The position numbers and the translations under genes are program-made. DNA of 64,000 nucleotides, taken from NCBI GenBank assembly GCA_002257025.1, contig NCHA01000014.1, positions 4,669 to 68,668 of the forward strand, read 5' to 3'. A model generated the notes under the pieces. That model made no database searches. It worked only from the letters and a program-made list of their open reading frames with translations, and was not told the DNA's origin. Origin of the DNA: Sphingobacteriales bacterium 16-39-50 (GTDB lineage Bacteria; Bacteroidota; Bacteroidia; Sphingobacteriales; Sphingobacteriaceae). This document shows, piece by piece, positions 20,874 to 30,533 of the stretch; the first letter of the stretch is position 1; each line of letters opens with the position of its first letter.

Positions 20874-21635
20874 ATGAAAAAATTAATGATCATTGGCTGT
20901 ATTGGCCTTGCAATGGGATTTACAGCCTGTAAGAAGAACAGTGACGAGGGCATGACCAGGATGAACGTAAAGATCACCGATAGTCCCGGTTCTTATGATG
21001 CTATTTATTTAAGTGTTAAAGAAATCCAGGTTCTAACATCTGATGGAACAAGCACTCTTGCTGTTGGTTCTACCCCTTTTAATATTCTTAATTTCAGAAT
21101 GGGTAAGGATACGCTTATTGCTTCTCAGGATATTCCTTCAGGAAATATTCAGGAAGTACGGCTTGTATTAAACACTACAGGAAATCAGGTTAAGATTGAT
21201 GGAGTAATTTATCCTTTAACTACACCAAGCGGACAGAGTTCAGGAGTAAAATTAAAAGTACAGGAAAGCCTGGAAGCAGGTGTTGCCTATACCATGTTGC
21301 TTGACTTTGATGCTGCAAAATCTATTGTTCAGACAGGAAATGGCAAATACATCTTAAAACCTGTAATCAGAGCCATTCCGAATGCTGTATCAGGAGCTAT
21401 TACAGGCGTAATTACACCTTCAGCTTCAAATCCTAAGATTTATGCGATCGCAGGAACTGATACTCTTGGAACTGTTAGTGATGCAACCGGTAAATTTTGG
21501 TTCCCTGGTGTAGCTGCCGGAACTTATAAAGTTGAGATTCAACCAGTAAGTCCGTACGTCAACAAAACTATTGAGAATGTTGCTGTGGTTACCGGATCTG
21601 TAAAAGATCTTGGCACGATCACAATTTCTCAATAA
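20874..21635 (+). CDS. DUF4382 domain lipoprotein with carboxypeptidase-regulatory-like C-terminus
   Basis: Lipobox FTAC; ITDSPGSYDAIYLSV, LTTPSGQSSGVKLK, LLDFDAAKSIVQTGNGKYILKPVIR. Confidence 0.85.
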   Translation: MKKLMIIGCIGLAMGFTACKKNSDEGMTRMNVKITDSPGSYDAIYLSVKEIQVLTSDGTSTLAVGSTPFNILNFRMGKDTLIASQDIPSGNIQEVRLVLNTTGNQVKIDGVIYPLTTPSGQSSGVKLKVQESLEAGVAYTMLLDFDAAKSIVQTGNGKYILKPVIRAIPNAVSGAITGVITPSASNPKIYAIAGTDTLGTVSDATGKFWFPGVAAGTYKVEIQPVSPYVNKTIENVAVVTGSVKDLGTITISQ

Positions 21636-21651
21636 ATTCAAACTTGATAAT

Positions 21652-21683
21652 AAAAAAAGGGTACGCTGGCGTACCCTTTTTTT
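21652..21683. terminator. Bidirectional intrinsic terminator
   Basis: A7-GGGTACGC-TG-GCGTACCC-T7 between convergent DUF4382 and copZ genes. Confidence 0.9.
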
Positions 21684-21685
21684 AT

Positions 21686-21892
21686 TTAAATCCTTTCGGC
21701 TGTATATCCTGCCTTTTTTACAGCAGCAATTATTTCCGATTCTTTAAAATCTCCCTCAACAATCAGGGTTTTCTCGCTCGAATCAAGATCTACCTTCCAG
21801 TGATTCTCACCGGCAGTCTCGTTCAATGCCGGACCGACCTGAGCCAGACATCCGGTACATTTAATATTCGTTTTAAATTTAATTGTTTCCAT
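21686..21892 (-). CDS. copZ: Heavy-metal-associated (HMA) copper chaperone, CopZ-like
   Basis: 68 aa, NIKCTGC motif, AVKKAGY C-terminus; directly after the Cu ATPase. Confidence 0.8.
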   Translation of the reverse strand: METIKFKTNIKCTGCLAQVGPALNETAGENHWKVDLDSSEKTLIVEGDFKESEIIAAVKKAGYTAERI

Positions 21893-21919
21893 TATTTCTG
21901 AGTTTTTGATGTTATTAAT

Positions 21920-24184
21920 TTAATTAGACCTGAGTTTTAAAGCTTTTAATCTGAGACTATTACTGACCACAGAAACTGAGCTGAGTGCCATTGCTGCCCC
22001 GGCGATCATCGGATCAAGTAAAAAGCCATTGTAACTGTACAAGGCACCTGCCGCAAGCGGAATCCCAATAATATTGTAAATAAAGGCCCAGAACAGGTTT
22101 TGACGAATGGTTTGAACGGTTCTTTTTGAAAGTTTCAATGCCATGGGAATGGACTGCAGGTTAGAGGTAATCAGGGTGATCTTGGCAACATCCATGGCGA
22201 TATCTGAACCTTTTCCCATCGCAATACTCACATCTGCCTGCGCCAGGGCATGAGAATCATTGATCCCATCTCCTACCATTGCAACGACCTTCCCACCAGA
22301 CTGAAGCTGTTTAATGAAATCAGCCTTATCTGAGGGCATAACCTCAGCCCTGTAACTTTTGATACCCACTTCATTTGCTACAGCTGATGCTGTTTGTTTA
22401 TTATCTCCAGTAAGCATATGGACTTCAATACCCATTTCATGCAGTTGACGGATGGCTTCTTTTGAGGAATCCTTCACCTTATCTGCAACAGAAATAATAG
22501 CCAGTACTTTTTCCTGATCAGCAAAATAGATTACCGTATTGGCCTCATGTTGCTTTTTCTGTACATATTTTACCTGATCTGTAGTCAAAAATATATTTTG
22601 CTCTTCCATAAAATGGATATTCCCGGCGAAAAATCCAATCCCATTTTGTATTCCTCTCACTCCCCGGGCTGTGATACTTTCGAACGAATCAAGTGTAACA
22701 CCTGAAATTCCATCCTCTTTTAATTTCATAATTATTGCATCAGCAAGAGGATGCTCAGAATTTACTTCCAGGCTGAACAAAACCTTTAAATAATGATCCT
22801 GATTCTTAATTTCAGGAGCCCAATTCATCGAGGTAACCACTGGCTTGCCCTCAGTGATGGTACCAGTCTTATCAAGAATGACTGCATTAACCTTATAGCC
22901 CAATTCAAGACTTTCGGCATCCTTGATAAGGATATTATTTTCAGCACCCTTACCAACCCCAACCATAATGGCTGTTGGGGTTGCCAGCCCTAAAGCGCAT
23001 GGACAAGCAATGACAAGTACAGTTACCGAAGTAAGTAAAGCATGTGAAAATGCTTGTTCCCCACCTATTAACATCCAGACAGCAAATGTCAGAATCGAAA
23101 TACCTATTACTACCGGAACAAATATTCCCGCTATCTTATCCACCAGCTTTTGAACCGGAGCTTTACTTCCCTGGGCCAATTGGACCATTTTCACGATATG
23201 CGCCAGCAAGGTATCAGCTCCTACTTTTTCGGCTTTAAAATGGAGACTCCCCTTCTGATTAATCGTACCTGCAAATAATTTGTCATTCACTTCTTTCAAT
23301 ACTGCGATCGGTTCACCGCTGATCATGCTTTCATCCAGATAAGATGATCCTGAAACCACAACACCATCTACTGAGACTCTTTCCCCTGGTCTCAGGACAA
23401 TAATCTGACCGGGCATGACCTGTGAAACAGGGATCTCTTCTTCCTTATCATTCAGGAGAATCCGAACCGTTTTAGGCTGTAATCCCATTAATTTTTTAAT
23501 GGCTGTTGTCGTATTCGACTTAGCTTTCTCTTCCAGTAATTTCCCGAAGGATATAAATGCTATAATCACAGCAGCAGCCTCATAATATACATGCGGATGT
23601 ATCCCCCTGTTATGCCAGTATTCAGGGTAGATCGTATTAAATGCGCTGAAAACATAAGCGATTCCAGTGCTCAGAGCCACTAAAGTGTCCATATTCACCA
23701 TCCCATGCTTAGCCTGCTTCCAGGCATTAATAAAGAAGTTTCGGCCAAACCAGAACAGGACGGGAGCGCTCAGTATCATAGATATCCATGTACCATATGG
23801 CATTTCCATGAAAAACATCCCGATTATAAATACAGGTAAGGCAAGAATCGAAGCCCATATCGTCCGAATTCTTAGCTCCCGGTAGCTTTTTATCTGTAAA
23901 GTTTCCTGCAGCTCTGCTGAATTCTCAGTATCGATAATAATATCATATCCAATTGATTGAATACTTTTTTGTAAAGCTGGCGGATTGGTTTTCAGAGTAT
24001 CATACTCTGCCCATGCTGTATTATTCGCAAAATTTACTCCTGCATCAATTACTCCTACTGTAGCTTTAAGCATAGATTCTACACTGATTGCACATCCGGC
24101 ACAGGTCATGCCTGTTACAGGAAACACTGCTCTGATTGTTGTGTTAGAAGCTTCTTTTAATTGAGATTCTGGTTCTTCGTTCAT
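21920..24184 (-). CDS. copA: Cu(I)-translocating P1B-1 ATPase
   Basis: N-terminal GMTCAGC, TM CPC, DKTGT, GDGIND, and YN / MALSS TM signatures. Confidence 0.93.
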   Translation of the reverse strand: MNEEPESQLKEASNTTIRAVFPVTGMTCAGCAISVESMLKATVGVIDAGVNFANNTAWAEYDTLKTNPPALQKSIQSIGYDIIIDTENSAELQETLQIKSYRELRIRTIWASILALPVFIIGMFFMEMPYGTWISMILSAPVLFWFGRNFFINAWKQAKHGMVNMDTLVALSTGIAYVFSAFNTIYPEYWHNRGIHPHVYYEAAAVIIAFISFGKLLEEKAKSNTTTAIKKLMGLQPKTVRILLNDKEEEIPVSQVMPGQIIVLRPGERVSVDGVVVSGSSYLDESMISGEPIAVLKEVNDKLFAGTINQKGSLHFKAEKVGADTLLAHIVKMVQLAQGSKAPVQKLVDKIAGIFVPVVIGISILTFAVWMLIGGEQAFSHALLTSVTVLVIACPCALGLATPTAIMVGVGKGAENNILIKDAESLELGYKVNAVILDKTGTITEGKPVVTSMNWAPEIKNQDHYLKVLFSLEVNSEHPLADAIIMKLKEDGISGVTLDSFESITARGVRGIQNGIGFFAGNIHFMEEQNIFLTTDQVKYVQKKQHEANTVIYFADQEKVLAIISVADKVKDSSKEAIRQLHEMGIEVHMLTGDNKQTASAVANEVGIKSYRAEVMPSDKADFIKQLQSGGKVVAMVGDGINDSHALAQADVSIAMGKGSDIAMDVAKITLITSNLQSIPMALKLSKRTVQTIRQNLFWAFIYNIIGIPLAAGALYSYNGFLLDPMIAGAAMALSSVSVVSNSLRLKALKLRSN

Positions 24185-24201
24185 AATCTTGATTTACAAT
24201 A

Positions 24202-24261
24202 CAAAATTATGATATACAGGCGATTAGGCTTTACAGAATTACGGGGAAGAGTTATACAATT
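24202..24261 (-). promoter_or_regulatory. copA promoter with paired direct-repeat operator
   Basis: -7 element TAATTTTG (24202-24209); minus-strand repeats AATTCTGTAA (24231-24240) and AATTGTATAA (24252-24261), 21-bp period. Confidence 0.65.
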
Positions 24262-24276
24262 ATGTGTTTATTTTGG

Positions 24277-24849
24277 TTAAACCTTGTCAATTGATTTTCT
24301 CTGCCCCTCTGAAGCTCTGGTACTTTTAAATTGAGATGGGGTTTGGCCAGTTACTTTCTTGAACTGGGCAGATAGATGGGCAATACTGCTGTAACCTAAT
24401 TTATTTGCAATTTCACTGAGATTCAATTCATCATAAAACAAGAGCTCTTTAACCCGCTCAATTTTCTGGCGAATAATGTATTGCTCAATAGTAACACCCT
24501 CAACAGAAGAAAATAAGGAGCTTAAATAACCATACTCATGAAATATCTTATCAGAAATAAGCCCTGACCAGTTTACTTTTTGTTCCAGAAACTCTGTATG
24601 GAAGATCTTTTCAATGATTAGATTTTTGATCTGTTCAATTACCCTGCTCTTACCCTTATCCAGTAACTCAAATCCGAGAGCATTCAAATGATTGTTCAGG
24701 ATCAGAAGTTTTTCATCATCAAGTTTCTCCTCCTCCAACTTCACAATACCCATTTGTACATCTATGGGATGCAAATCAAGTTTTAACAGCTCATTTTGAA
24801 CTGCGGTTATGCATCTGTTGCATACCATGTTTTTGATATATAATTCCAT
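24277..24849 (-). CDS. AraC-family regulator with N-terminal HMA-like metal-binding domain
   Basis: N-terminal KNMVCNRC; C-terminal double HTH (YLSSLFSSVEGVTIEQY, LSEIANKLGYSSIAHLSAQFKKVTG). Confidence 0.88.
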   Translation of the reverse strand: MELYIKNMVCNRCITAVQNELLKLDLHPIDVQMGIVKLEEEKLDDEKLLILNNHLNALGFELLDKGKSRVIEQIKNLIIEKIFHTEFLEQKVNWSGLISDKIFHEYGYLSSLFSSVEGVTIEQYIIRQKIERVKELLFYDELNLSEIANKLGYSSIAHLSAQFKKVTGQTPSQFKSTRASEGQRKSIDKV

Positions 24850-24853
24850 AATT

Positions 24854-26056
24854 CTACATTTTGTTCATATCATGTCCCGCCATCGGATCTGTACCCTTTT
24901 TCAAAATAAATTCACTCGATAACAAATATGCACCGCTCACTACTACCTCTTTCACATTTTCAAGGCCTGAAAGGATAATGATCTGTTCGGCATCCTCCTC
25001 ACCCGTACGTACCATCCTCGGGGAGTAGGTATTCTCCGCCGTTTTGATCCAAACATGTGCCCCCTGTTCATCACGCACCACTGCATCCAATGGTAAACTC
25101 AAAGCATCTGATATCTCGGCAAGCGGTAAAAACACAGTAGCATGCATACCTGCCTGTAAATTCCCAGGATTTTTAATCGGGGCTCTTACTTTCAGAATCT
25201 GCGAAGTTGGGTCCATCTGTGGAGAAATGAAATCTATAGTTAGAGTCTGCTCTTTATCACTGATCCCATTAATAGAAGCCTGTACCTTTGTACCCAGACG
25301 GATATTTCCCAATTCATTCGGATAGACATCCATTTCCAGCCAGAGTTGTGTGAAATTTTCAAGTTTTAAAATCTGACTGCCTTCGGATAAATATTGCCCT
25401 TCCGAAACATTCAGTTCGGTGACAATTCCTGATGCTGATGAATAGACAGTGAGCAATGGAGCTGTTTTTCCTGCGGTAGTCAACGCACGGATCTGAGCAT
25501 CAGAATAGCCAAACAAGCGAAGTTTATTTTTTGCTGCCTCCCGCATCGACTGATATATCTTCTCCTCCGGAAATGCCGCAACCTGTTTCAGTTGCAATAA
25601 ATAGTCCTGCTGCAGGGTCTGAAGTTCCTCGCTGTAGATCTGGAAAATCGGCTGGCCTTTACTAACAGACCGGCCCATTTCTTTCACAAACAACTTCTCA
25701 ATTCTTCCGGCATATCGGCTGGAAATAACTTCTGTCTGCTCCGGATTTATAATCAACCGGCCATTCAACACTTTTGAGGTACTGAAGTCAGTACGATTGA
25801 TTACCATAGTATGAATATTAGCCAACTGAATCTGACTTTCACTCAGGGATAGCTCATTTTTCCCGCCTGCAGAATTTACCGGTACCAAATCCATTTTACA
25901 TATCGGACAGGTCCCAGGACCATTATTAACTATCTGAGGATGCATTGGGCAGGTATATTTCCCTGCCTCAGCATGCTTTTCATGCTCCTCAGTACAGGCA
26001 GAGAAAATAAATCCTGAACAAAGAATGATCAGCCCTAAAATTATTTTTGTTCTCAT
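24854..26056 (-). CDS. CusB-like RND membrane fusion protein with heavy-metal-binding domain (copy 2)
   Basis: Lipobox FSAC, YTCPMHP...CPICKMDL, MFP hairpin, C-terminal DPMAGHDM. Confidence 0.88.
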   Translation of the reverse strand: MRTKIILGLIILCSGFIFSACTEEHEKHAEAGKYTCPMHPQIVNNGPGTCPICKMDLVPVNSAGGKNELSLSESQIQLANIHTMVINRTDFSTSKVLNGRLIINPEQTEVISSRYAGRIEKLFVKEMGRSVSKGQPIFQIYSEELQTLQQDYLLQLKQVAAFPEEKIYQSMREAAKNKLRLFGYSDAQIRALTTAGKTAPLLTVYSSASGIVTELNVSEGQYLSEGSQILKLENFTQLWLEMDVYPNELGNIRLGTKVQASINGISDKEQTLTIDFISPQMDPTSQILKVRAPIKNPGNLQAGMHATVFLPLAEISDALSLPLDAVVRDEQGAHVWIKTAENTYSPRMVRTGEEDAEQIIILSGLENVKEVVVSGAYLLSSEFILKKGTDPMAGHDMNKM

Positions 26057-27390
26057 TATAAACGCTTTGCTTTTATAAAACTTTCACTATCTATCAGAAA
26101 CCAGGCGTTAAGTGCCAGTTCCGCATCCGCTTCAAGGCTATCACCAATATCGATCCACTGATCTGCCTGATGCTTCAGCTTCACAAAAACCGGTACAAAT
26201 GCATTATCTTTCTTAACGAATGCCACATATTGTGTTCCAACCTGAACAAGCGCTGTAGCGGGTAGCCAGTAACCTTCAACTGCAGCCTCCCGGCTTACTG
26301 AAATCAGTTGACCAACCTTCCAGATTTTAATACTATTGGGAACATTGGCCCTGATTAGAGAATAATTGGTGCCGTCCTTAAAATAGGGCTGAACCAAGCT
26401 CACTGTTACTTCTGAACGCTGATCTGCAAGATCAATAGACTGAACCATGACACTTTTCCCCTGATTAAACTCCTGCAATTGATCCGGGCGGGCAAAGAAC
26501 TCGGCCCAAACCTGGTCTGTATTGATCAGATCAAATATTTTCTGGCCTGCATTGATATATTGTCCTTCCCTGATTTGCAAAGCCCCACCAGTAGGGATAT
26601 CCGGTATTTCCGGAACTATTGCTGATGAAGCAGAAGCATTCATTGAATTCATACCAACTCCGCTTCCTGAACTGATCTTTGTTCCACTTGCCTGGCTTAC
26701 CGAACCCTGAGAAGCCGGGGTACTTAAACCCAATTCAGCCACATAACCTGAATAAGGACTATAAACAGCAATTCTATCCTCGATTCTGCCTGTACTCAGA
26801 ACCCTGTTTATCTGAGCCATGCTCAATCCAAGAAGTACCAATTTCTTCTTAGCTGATTCAAGAAGCATGGGTTCGTTATTGTTTTTCAGAAAGAGCAATT
26901 CCTGCTGGGCATTTGCCAGATCCGGACTGTAAATCTCCATTATCTTTTGTCCTTTACTAACAGGCTCATAATTGTATTTCACAAACAGCTTTTCAATGCG
27001 ACCGCTTACCCTTGCCGATACTGCCCTCCAGTTATTCGTATTATAGTTTATGATTCCTTTCAGAACGATTTCAGATTTTTTAAGACCCTTCTCAACCCTG
27101 ATCGTTTTTATTCCCGATATAACCAGCTCATTGCTGGGCTTTACTAAGGAATTTAAACTTGTATCCACGGCGCCATGTGTATCTGCATTATGCTGTGGCA
27201 CAAGATCCATTTTACAGATTGGACAGGTACCTGGTGCATCCTTCACTATCTGAGGGTGCATTGGGCAGGTGTATTTCTGAACCTGTCCTCCGGAACCTGC
27301 CTTTTTATCGAAATTACAAGCCAAAATTGATAATCCGATGATCAGGAATAATGCAATTCTAGCGTTCAATAGTCTTCTCATATTCCACAA
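26056..27390 (-). CDS. CusB-like RND membrane fusion protein with heavy-metal-binding domain (copy 1; start probably 27381)
   Basis: Lipobox ILAC, YTCPMHP...CPICKMDL, GRIEKLFVK, YSPDLANAQQELL. Confidence 0.88.
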   Translation of the reverse strand: MWNMRRLLNARIALFLIIGLSILACNFDKKAGSGGQVQKYTCPMHPQIVKDAPGTCPICKMDLVPQHNADTHGAVDTSLNSLVKPSNELVISGIKTIRVEKGLKKSEIVLKGIINYNTNNWRAVSARVSGRIEKLFVKYNYEPVSKGQKIMEIYSPDLANAQQELLFLKNNNEPMLLESAKKKLVLLGLSMAQINRVLSTGRIEDRIAVYSPYSGYVAELGLSTPASQGSVSQASGTKISSGSGVGMNSMNASASSAIVPEIPDIPTGGALQIREGQYINAGQKIFDLINTDQVWAEFFARPDQLQEFNQGKSVMVQSIDLADQRSEVTVSLVQPYFKDGTNYSLIRANVPNSIKIWKVGQLISVSREAAVEGYWLPATALVQVGTQYVAFVKKDNAFVPVFVKLKHQADQWIDIGDSLEADAELALNAWFLIDSESFIKAKRL

Positions 27391-28606
27391 TCATTTGATA
27401 ATATTTCTGTAACTGATCCAGGTAATTCATCTGCGACATATTGATCGATTCCCAACCATCGATGACCGTATTCAAATCTGTTTTGTTTTCCTGATAGGAT
27501 AACATCGAAACCTTGAGGTATTTCTCCAATGAAGGCAAAATCTTAGTCTCATAATTAGTTAACTGCTCCTGCATGTTGAGCAGATCATTTTCCATAGACT
27601 TACTCATCCCCAAAACCTCGGTAAGCATTGCCGCTTTTTCCTGCCTCATAGCCTCCTTCTCAAAATTCATTGATTTGATCTCCGATTTATACATTTTCGA
27701 GGACCAGGGAGCAATTGGAATGGAAAGCATACCCATCACTGTAAATTGCCTTGGCATCATTGCAGAATAATTAGACATATGGTCAAAACGAATTTTAAAA
27801 TCGGGTTTTGACTCCTGCCGCATCAGATCAATATTCCTTTCCATCGCATGAATATCATGCTCCATGTGCAAAATATCGCTCCGGGCACCGGCCAGATAAG
27901 CAGTATCAAGATCTGCTTTAGGACTAAACTTAACCTTATATTCGGTTTCAATTTCAAATTCTGCTGTTGCTGCTCTGTTCATCAATGCATTCAAAGCAAT
28001 CTTTTTTGAACGAATATCTGCCTCAGTCATCAGGATCATATTCTCTGACTCATAGGCCCTTCCCTCAGCTTTAAAAACCTGATTCAATCCACCCTGATTA
28101 AAGGGATAACGAATCTCTGCAAGCTTTTTCATTGTATGCATGATCTGCTGATTTTCCTTCTGGAAGACGATACGCTTTTGAGCTACTAAAAGTCCGAAGT
28201 ACAAATACTTGGCAGCAGCTCTCAATTGGTTAAAACGCTCTGCTCTACCCAACTCATAGGTCTGCGACTGAGTTTTAAGGTATTCTTTTTTAGCCCTGAC
28301 CTTTGCGGGATTGGGAATATCCTGTTCGGCAGAGATCATAAATGCCCCGCGGTCGCCATCAGCGATCATCCCCTGTGCGGGATAAGGACTCATAAAAGTT
28401 CCTGCTCCTACCATTGGAGCCATCCATGAGCCGGCACCTTCCACTTTAGAATCCTTGCTTTGAATCCTGCTCGAATAAGACTTCAAAGAGGGATTATTTG
28501 CGTTAATTTCGGCTAATATTTGCTCCAGATTCATAATCTCCTGTCCGTAGACAGTGAAAGAACTCAGGAATACAAACAATAAAAATATCTTCTTAATGCT
28601 GAACAT
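27359..28606 (-). CDS. TolC/CusC-family outer-membrane channel, Met-rich
   Basis: Signal peptide from MFSIKK (ATG at 28606 overlaps the upstream stop); OEP repeats (NNPSLK, SMLSYQENKTDL). Confidence 0.85.
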   Translation of the reverse strand: MFSIKKIFLLFVFLSSFTVYGQEIMNLEQILAEINANNPSLKSYSSRIQSKDSKVEGAGSWMAPMVGAGTFMSPYPAQGMIADGDRGAFMISAEQDIPNPAKVRAKKEYLKTQSQTYELGRAERFNQLRAAAKYLYFGLLVAQKRIVFQKENQQIMHTMKKLAEIRYPFNQGGLNQVFKAEGRAYESENMILMTEADIRSKKIALNALMNRAATAEFEIETEYKVKFSPKADLDTAYLAGARSDILHMEHDIHAMERNIDLMRQESKPDFKIRFDHMSNYSAMMPRQFTVMGMLSIPIAPWSSKMYKSEIKSMNFEKEAMRQEKAAMLTEVLGMSKSMENDLLNMQEQLTNYETKILPSLEKYLKVSMLSYQENKTDLNTVIDGWESINMSQMNYLDQLQKYYQMIVEYEKTIER

Positions 28607-30533
28607 CGTGTACCTCCAGTTTTCCAAATTTTCTCAATTCATATTCTTTTGTCATCAGAAAGATCAGCGGCGTAACCAGTAAAATATGGGTGGAGGAAGT
28701 AAGTACTCCCCCAATCATAGGCAGAACAATTGGCTGCATCACATCGCTTCCAACCCCACCCGACCATAAAACTGGTATCAAACCAAACAATGCTACACAA
28801 ACCGTCATGATCTTGGGCCGTAAACGCTTGGCAGCTCCATTGATCACATATTCTCTCAGATCTTCCTTTGTAATCGTTTCACTGGAATTGCCTTTCAAAG
28901 CAACTAACTGCCTCATTGCATCATTCAAATAAATCACCATCACAACACCTGTTTCAACGGCAATTCCGAAAAGGGCAATAAAACCAACCGCTACTGCAAC
29001 TGAGAGATTCACACCCCAGAAATAAACCAGGAAAGCACCTCCGATAAGGGCGAAAGGAATGGTCACCAGACTTAAAAATGCCTCTCTGATCGATTTAAAA
29101 GCAAGATAAAGTGCCAGAAAGATGATAAAAATCACTACAGGCAGAATATAGATCAGGGTTTGCTGTCCGCGGATCAGATTTTCATACTGACCGCTCCATT
29201 CTACAAAATATCCATTTGGCAGTTTCAGATCCTTATTCAACTTATCAATAGCCTCCTGAACTGTATGTCCCAGATCGCGCTCACGCACATTGAACATTAC
29301 AGCACCCCGTAAAATTGCATTTTCAGAACTGATCATCGGCGGTCCATCCACAAAACGGATGGCGGTAACGGCTGATAGTGGTATAGTTCCCGCATCAGGA
29401 GAAGTCAATGGAATTCGTTTCAAACGGTCGATACTGTTTCGGTATTCCTGACCTAAGCGCAAATGAATATTAAACCGTTGCCGGCCTTCTACTGTTGATG
29501 CAAAAGGCGCACCCCCAATTGCCGATTCAACTGTCGCATTAATATCATCCACAGTTAATCCATAACGCTCCAACTGGTCGCGTCTGATGTCAATCTCCAG
29601 GTATTTTCCACCACTAACAGGCTCTACATACAGATCCTTCACTCCTTCAATATTCTTCAGCATAGTATGCACATCTTCAGAAATATGGCTGATCTGTTTA
29701 AGATCTTGACCATAAACCTTGACACCAACATCAGTACGGATACCTGTTGAAAGCATATTGATACGGTTGATGATAGGCTGTGTCCAGCCATTCACCACAC
29801 CGGGTATCTGAAGTTTGGCATCTAACTCATCAATGATATCTTTTTTGCTGATTCCGGGTCTCCACTCACTTTTTGGTTTCAGCGAAATGATGGTTTCGAT
29901 CATGCTGATTGGCGAATTATCAGTTGCTGAACTTGCCCGGCCAGCCTTGCCCAAAACATGGTCGACCTCCGGCACTGATTTGATGATCTTATCCTGAACC
30001 TGCAGAATTCGCTTGACCTCTGAATTGGAAACATCAGGCAATGTAACCGGCATAAACAAAATCGATTGCTCATCCAGGGGTGGCATAAATTCCCGTCCAA
30101 GGCTCATCAGCATCGGAACAGAGATTAGCAATGCCAGAATATTAACCCCAAGTGTAGTTTTTCTATTTCTGATACAGGCCCGGATCACCGGAAGGTAAAC
30201 CTTCTCCAAACCTCGGTTGATCGGGTTCTCATGCTCCTGACGGAAACGCCCTTTCATGAAAAATGAAATAATTACGGGAGCCAGTGTAAGCACCAGTACC
30301 GCATCGATTATCAGAATAAAGGTTTTGGTATAGGCCAGCGGATGAAATAACTTCCCTTCCTGCCCGGTAAGTAAAAATACTGGCAGAAATGAGGTGATAA
30401 TAATGATTGTTGAATAAAATACACCTCTTGATACCTGTTGACAGGCTTTTTCGATGATACTTAGTCTTTCCTCGTTAGAAAGTTTAACGTATTCATCATT
30501 CTTTTTTAGTTTCGACTTATTCCACATCTGCAT
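28593..30533 (-). CDS. cusA: CusA/SilA-type RND permease, C-terminal part (TM5-TM12)
   Basis: TSFLPVFLLTGQEGKLF, RLRPKIMT; Met triad equivalents in ILFMP, ISMIET, INMLSTG. Confidence 0.85.
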   Translation of the reverse strand: MQMWNKSKLKKNDEYVKLSNEERLSIIEKACQQVSRGVFYSTIIIITSFLPVFLLTGQEGKLFHPLAYTKTFILIIDAVLVLTLAPVIISFFMKGRFRQEHENPINRGLEKVYLPVIRACIRNRKTTLGVNILALLISVPMLMSLGREFMPPLDEQSILFMPVTLPDVSNSEVKRILQVQDKIIKSVPEVDHVLGKAGRASSATDNSPISMIETIISLKPKSEWRPGISKKDIIDELDAKLQIPGVVNGWTQPIINRINMLSTGIRTDVGVKVYGQDLKQISHISEDVHTMLKNIEGVKDLYVEPVSGGKYLEIDIRRDQLERYGLTVDDINATVESAIGGAPFASTVEGRQRFNIHLRLGQEYRNSIDRLKRIPLTSPDAGTIPLSAVTAIRFVDGPPMISSENAILRGAVMFNVRERDLGHTVQEAIDKLNKDLKLPNGYFVEWSGQYENLIRGQQTLIYILPVVIFIIFLALYLAFKSIREAFLSLVTIPFALIGGAFLVYFWGVNLSVAVAVGFIALFGIAVETGVVMVIYLNDAMRQLVALKGNSSETITKEDLREYVINGAAKRLRPKIMTVCVALFGLIPVLWSGGVGSDVMQPIVLPMIGGVLTSSTHILLVTPLIFLMTKEYELRKFGKLEVHDVQH

